A stretch of DNA of 63,005 nt, the filler included, from Reticulomyxa filosa (lineage: Eukaryota; Protista; Foraminifera), in assembly GCA_000512085.1 (NCBI GenBank). It is 19 parts of 19 records of this genome, joined end to end, with 100 filler letters (N's around TTAATTAATTAA, not from the genome) between each part and the next. Parts side by side here need not be neighbours in the genome. Positions count along the whole stretch, not along the records: positions 60,971 to 63,005 come from ASPP01015795.1; 18 more parts are not named here. One strand, 5' to 3'. Both the position numbers and the translations under genes were made by a program. Shown one piece after another: positions 61,012 through 63,005 of this stretch (its first letter is position 1; the number at the start of each line of letters is the position of its first letter). The notes under the pieces were generated by a model that saw nothing but the letters and a program-made list of their open reading frames with translations, made no database searches and had not been told where the DNA came from.

Positions 61012-62971
61012 AAATAAGTGAACGAAAACTTCGATTTTCTGTATAATTTTATCAAAAAACGTTCATTTGTTCAATTACAAAAAAAAAATTGTGGAAAAGG
61101 TACATTTTACTTTGAATTGTATTTATTGATAGTTTTTGATAGTTTTTTCCTATTTTTTCCAACAGTGTTTCCCAAGGGACTTAAAAAAAACTAGCTGATT
61201 AAAATAACTTGTTATCATTGTTGAAAAAATAAAATTTTTGTATTTTCTTGATTAATTTAACAACAAATCAAAAATAAAAAATGGAACGACTGGTGTTTTT
61301 GAGCAGTCCAAACGTAGTTTGAACCAAATACCACATACCCTGAACTTTTGGAAAGTGCAGCTCTTTAATTTTTTCTTTGAGCTTCCGTGTTTCTTTATTC
61401 CACTCTCCTGACACTTTATTTTTTATTCTGCATGATTTTCCAGACGTGTGAGGCCACTTTCAAATTATTTTTTTGTTTCGAGCAAAAACGTCAAAGCAGA
61501 AACCATTTTGCCAAGAGAGTCATCCATATTTCTAATCACTTTTGTCCTAATATTTAAGAATATTCAATTGATTTGTTAAGTTGTTGGTTAGAGCATACAG
61601 AAAAGCGAAACGAGTATATGTTTTTGCAATAGCACTAGCAAAACAGCAGCTTTTCCTTAATTAAATTGATTATCCAGTTTTTTGGCTGGTCCTACATCAA
61701 ATTTTGAAGGATTAGAATGGTCACATTAATCAATAACTCAACAAAACCAAAGAAAATAAAAATAATTGCTTCGCAAGCACAATTAAAAATTTAATAACGA
61801 TAACAAAAAAAAAAAAATTACATGAGCAAACCTTATCAACATTGCTATTAAAGCAATTTAACAAATTGATTGGTCAATGCTCAGTTTTGTTTTGACATCA
61901 CCAAAACATCAATTAAATCGATTGATGTGAAGAAATTCATGTATGGTTTGCAAGCTTTTGTGGGAGTTTAGATTTAATTCTTCATAAACAATATATCCAA
62001 TTTTGTGATATTCGGGAATTTACGTTGATGGAACTAAATTCAATTTATTACCTTCAGCTAAAGTGACCTATGAAATAAAAAAATTTGTTCAAAAGCAAAA
62101 GAGAAGATAGGAGCAAATTTACAAACCTTACCTTGGTGAATCGCCACAAATGGAAGATAAAGTTGAGACCATTTATTTGCATTGAGCAAGTGTTAACAAA
62201 TTGCAACAATGGCAAATGATTGTATGATGGCGAATTCAACTCTGGAATTGCCATGTGTTGTGATGACAGGTAATAATATATCATTAAACTTCCAACTGAG
62301 CGACTATTGCTGCAAAGTGAGGAATTTTACATTGACAAGCCACCACTATCGCTCGACGATTACTTTCAAATATTTCGAAGTAATGCCATTGCTGTCTATG
62401 CAAAGGCTCCCGTAAACTTTATTCAATCCATAAGCAGCACTTAAAGAAGACTGCAATCAATAATTTCATCATATTAAAAAATAATTTTTTTTTGAATATA
62501 CGTAAAAAAACAAGTTTTTGTTTGCACAAGAAAAAAGAAAATAAAAAAATTTGAAAATAAACTTCTCCTTCATCAAAAATGCGAGAATTGCGAGATTTTA
62601 TTATCATTTGTTGCTTTTTTTTATCGGCTTGCATACCGAAATGTAATTACGAGTGCATACTTAAGCGACAATATTTCGCTTACTTTTTTTTCCACATAAA
62701 TATTCTTACATATCATTTAACATCAAAATGTGCTTATGTGCGTGTAGTTTGTACACACTGCCAAACGCTTGTTATTCTTCATTCTTCGATTTCTCATATC
62801 TTAGCCAATTTCTTTCTTTACTTACTTGTTCTTCTTCAACTGCCCGACGTTTGTGACAGCCAAATAACTTTCAAAGATTTCTTTATATTCAAAATCATGA
62901 ACCTACAAAACCTTGCTATCTTTTATTTTCTGAGACGAGGTCTCAAAATGTCCACAACACGTCATTTTGGG

Positions 62972-63005
62972 CATTACCCAAAGGGGGTCATCCCAATATC
63001 AAACA
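62972..63005 (+). repeat. 34-bp direct repeat, copy 2
   Basis: CATTACCCAAAGGGGGTCATCCCAATATCAAACA at the window end, 1994 bp from copy 1. Confidence 0.9.

Noticed and set aside
62200-62300. hAT transposase TRWNS-like motif (VITTHGNS on the minus strand)
   Set aside because: The match is too weak and isolated to support a transposase call.

Overview
This window is not one locus. It is 19 separate contigs joined by an artificial 100-nt linker (N44-TTAATTAATTAA-N44, stops in all six frames). Eighteen contigs are AT-rich, intron-rich eukaryotic DNA read with the standard code. A characteristic WD40 family, poly-Asn tracts and many decayed genes suggest a foraminiferan such as Reticulomyxa (Rhizaria); this taxonomy is an inference. 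One contig (37906-38957) is GC-rich bacterial DNA carrying upp and grxD. Recognisable eukaryotic genes: a WDFY3/LvsA-type BEACH protein fragment with an inserted SAM domain, a SAM protein, a WD40 protein, a DH-PH RhoGEF, a TIS11-type tandem CCCH protein, a T4-PNK-type HAD phosphatase, a GT32/OCH1-like glycosyltransferase, a complete 9-exon nuclear lamin (IF rod, NLS, lamin tail domain, CaaX), GET4, arginase, a KDEL saposin/Canopy-like protein, an annexin pseudogene, a CAP-Gly protein running into a PP2A-B56-like segment, NBAS/Sec39, a divergent CK2-alpha, NDC80, a folate-receptor-like protein, a MABP-Sec7-PH-FYVE-like ArfGEF and a CBS protein. Best leads: the protist lamin, three unusual domain architectures, and an atypical intron signature (GTT donors, A-rich acceptors). 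All family calls come from manual motif recognition, not database searches, and exon boundaries were inferred by eye.
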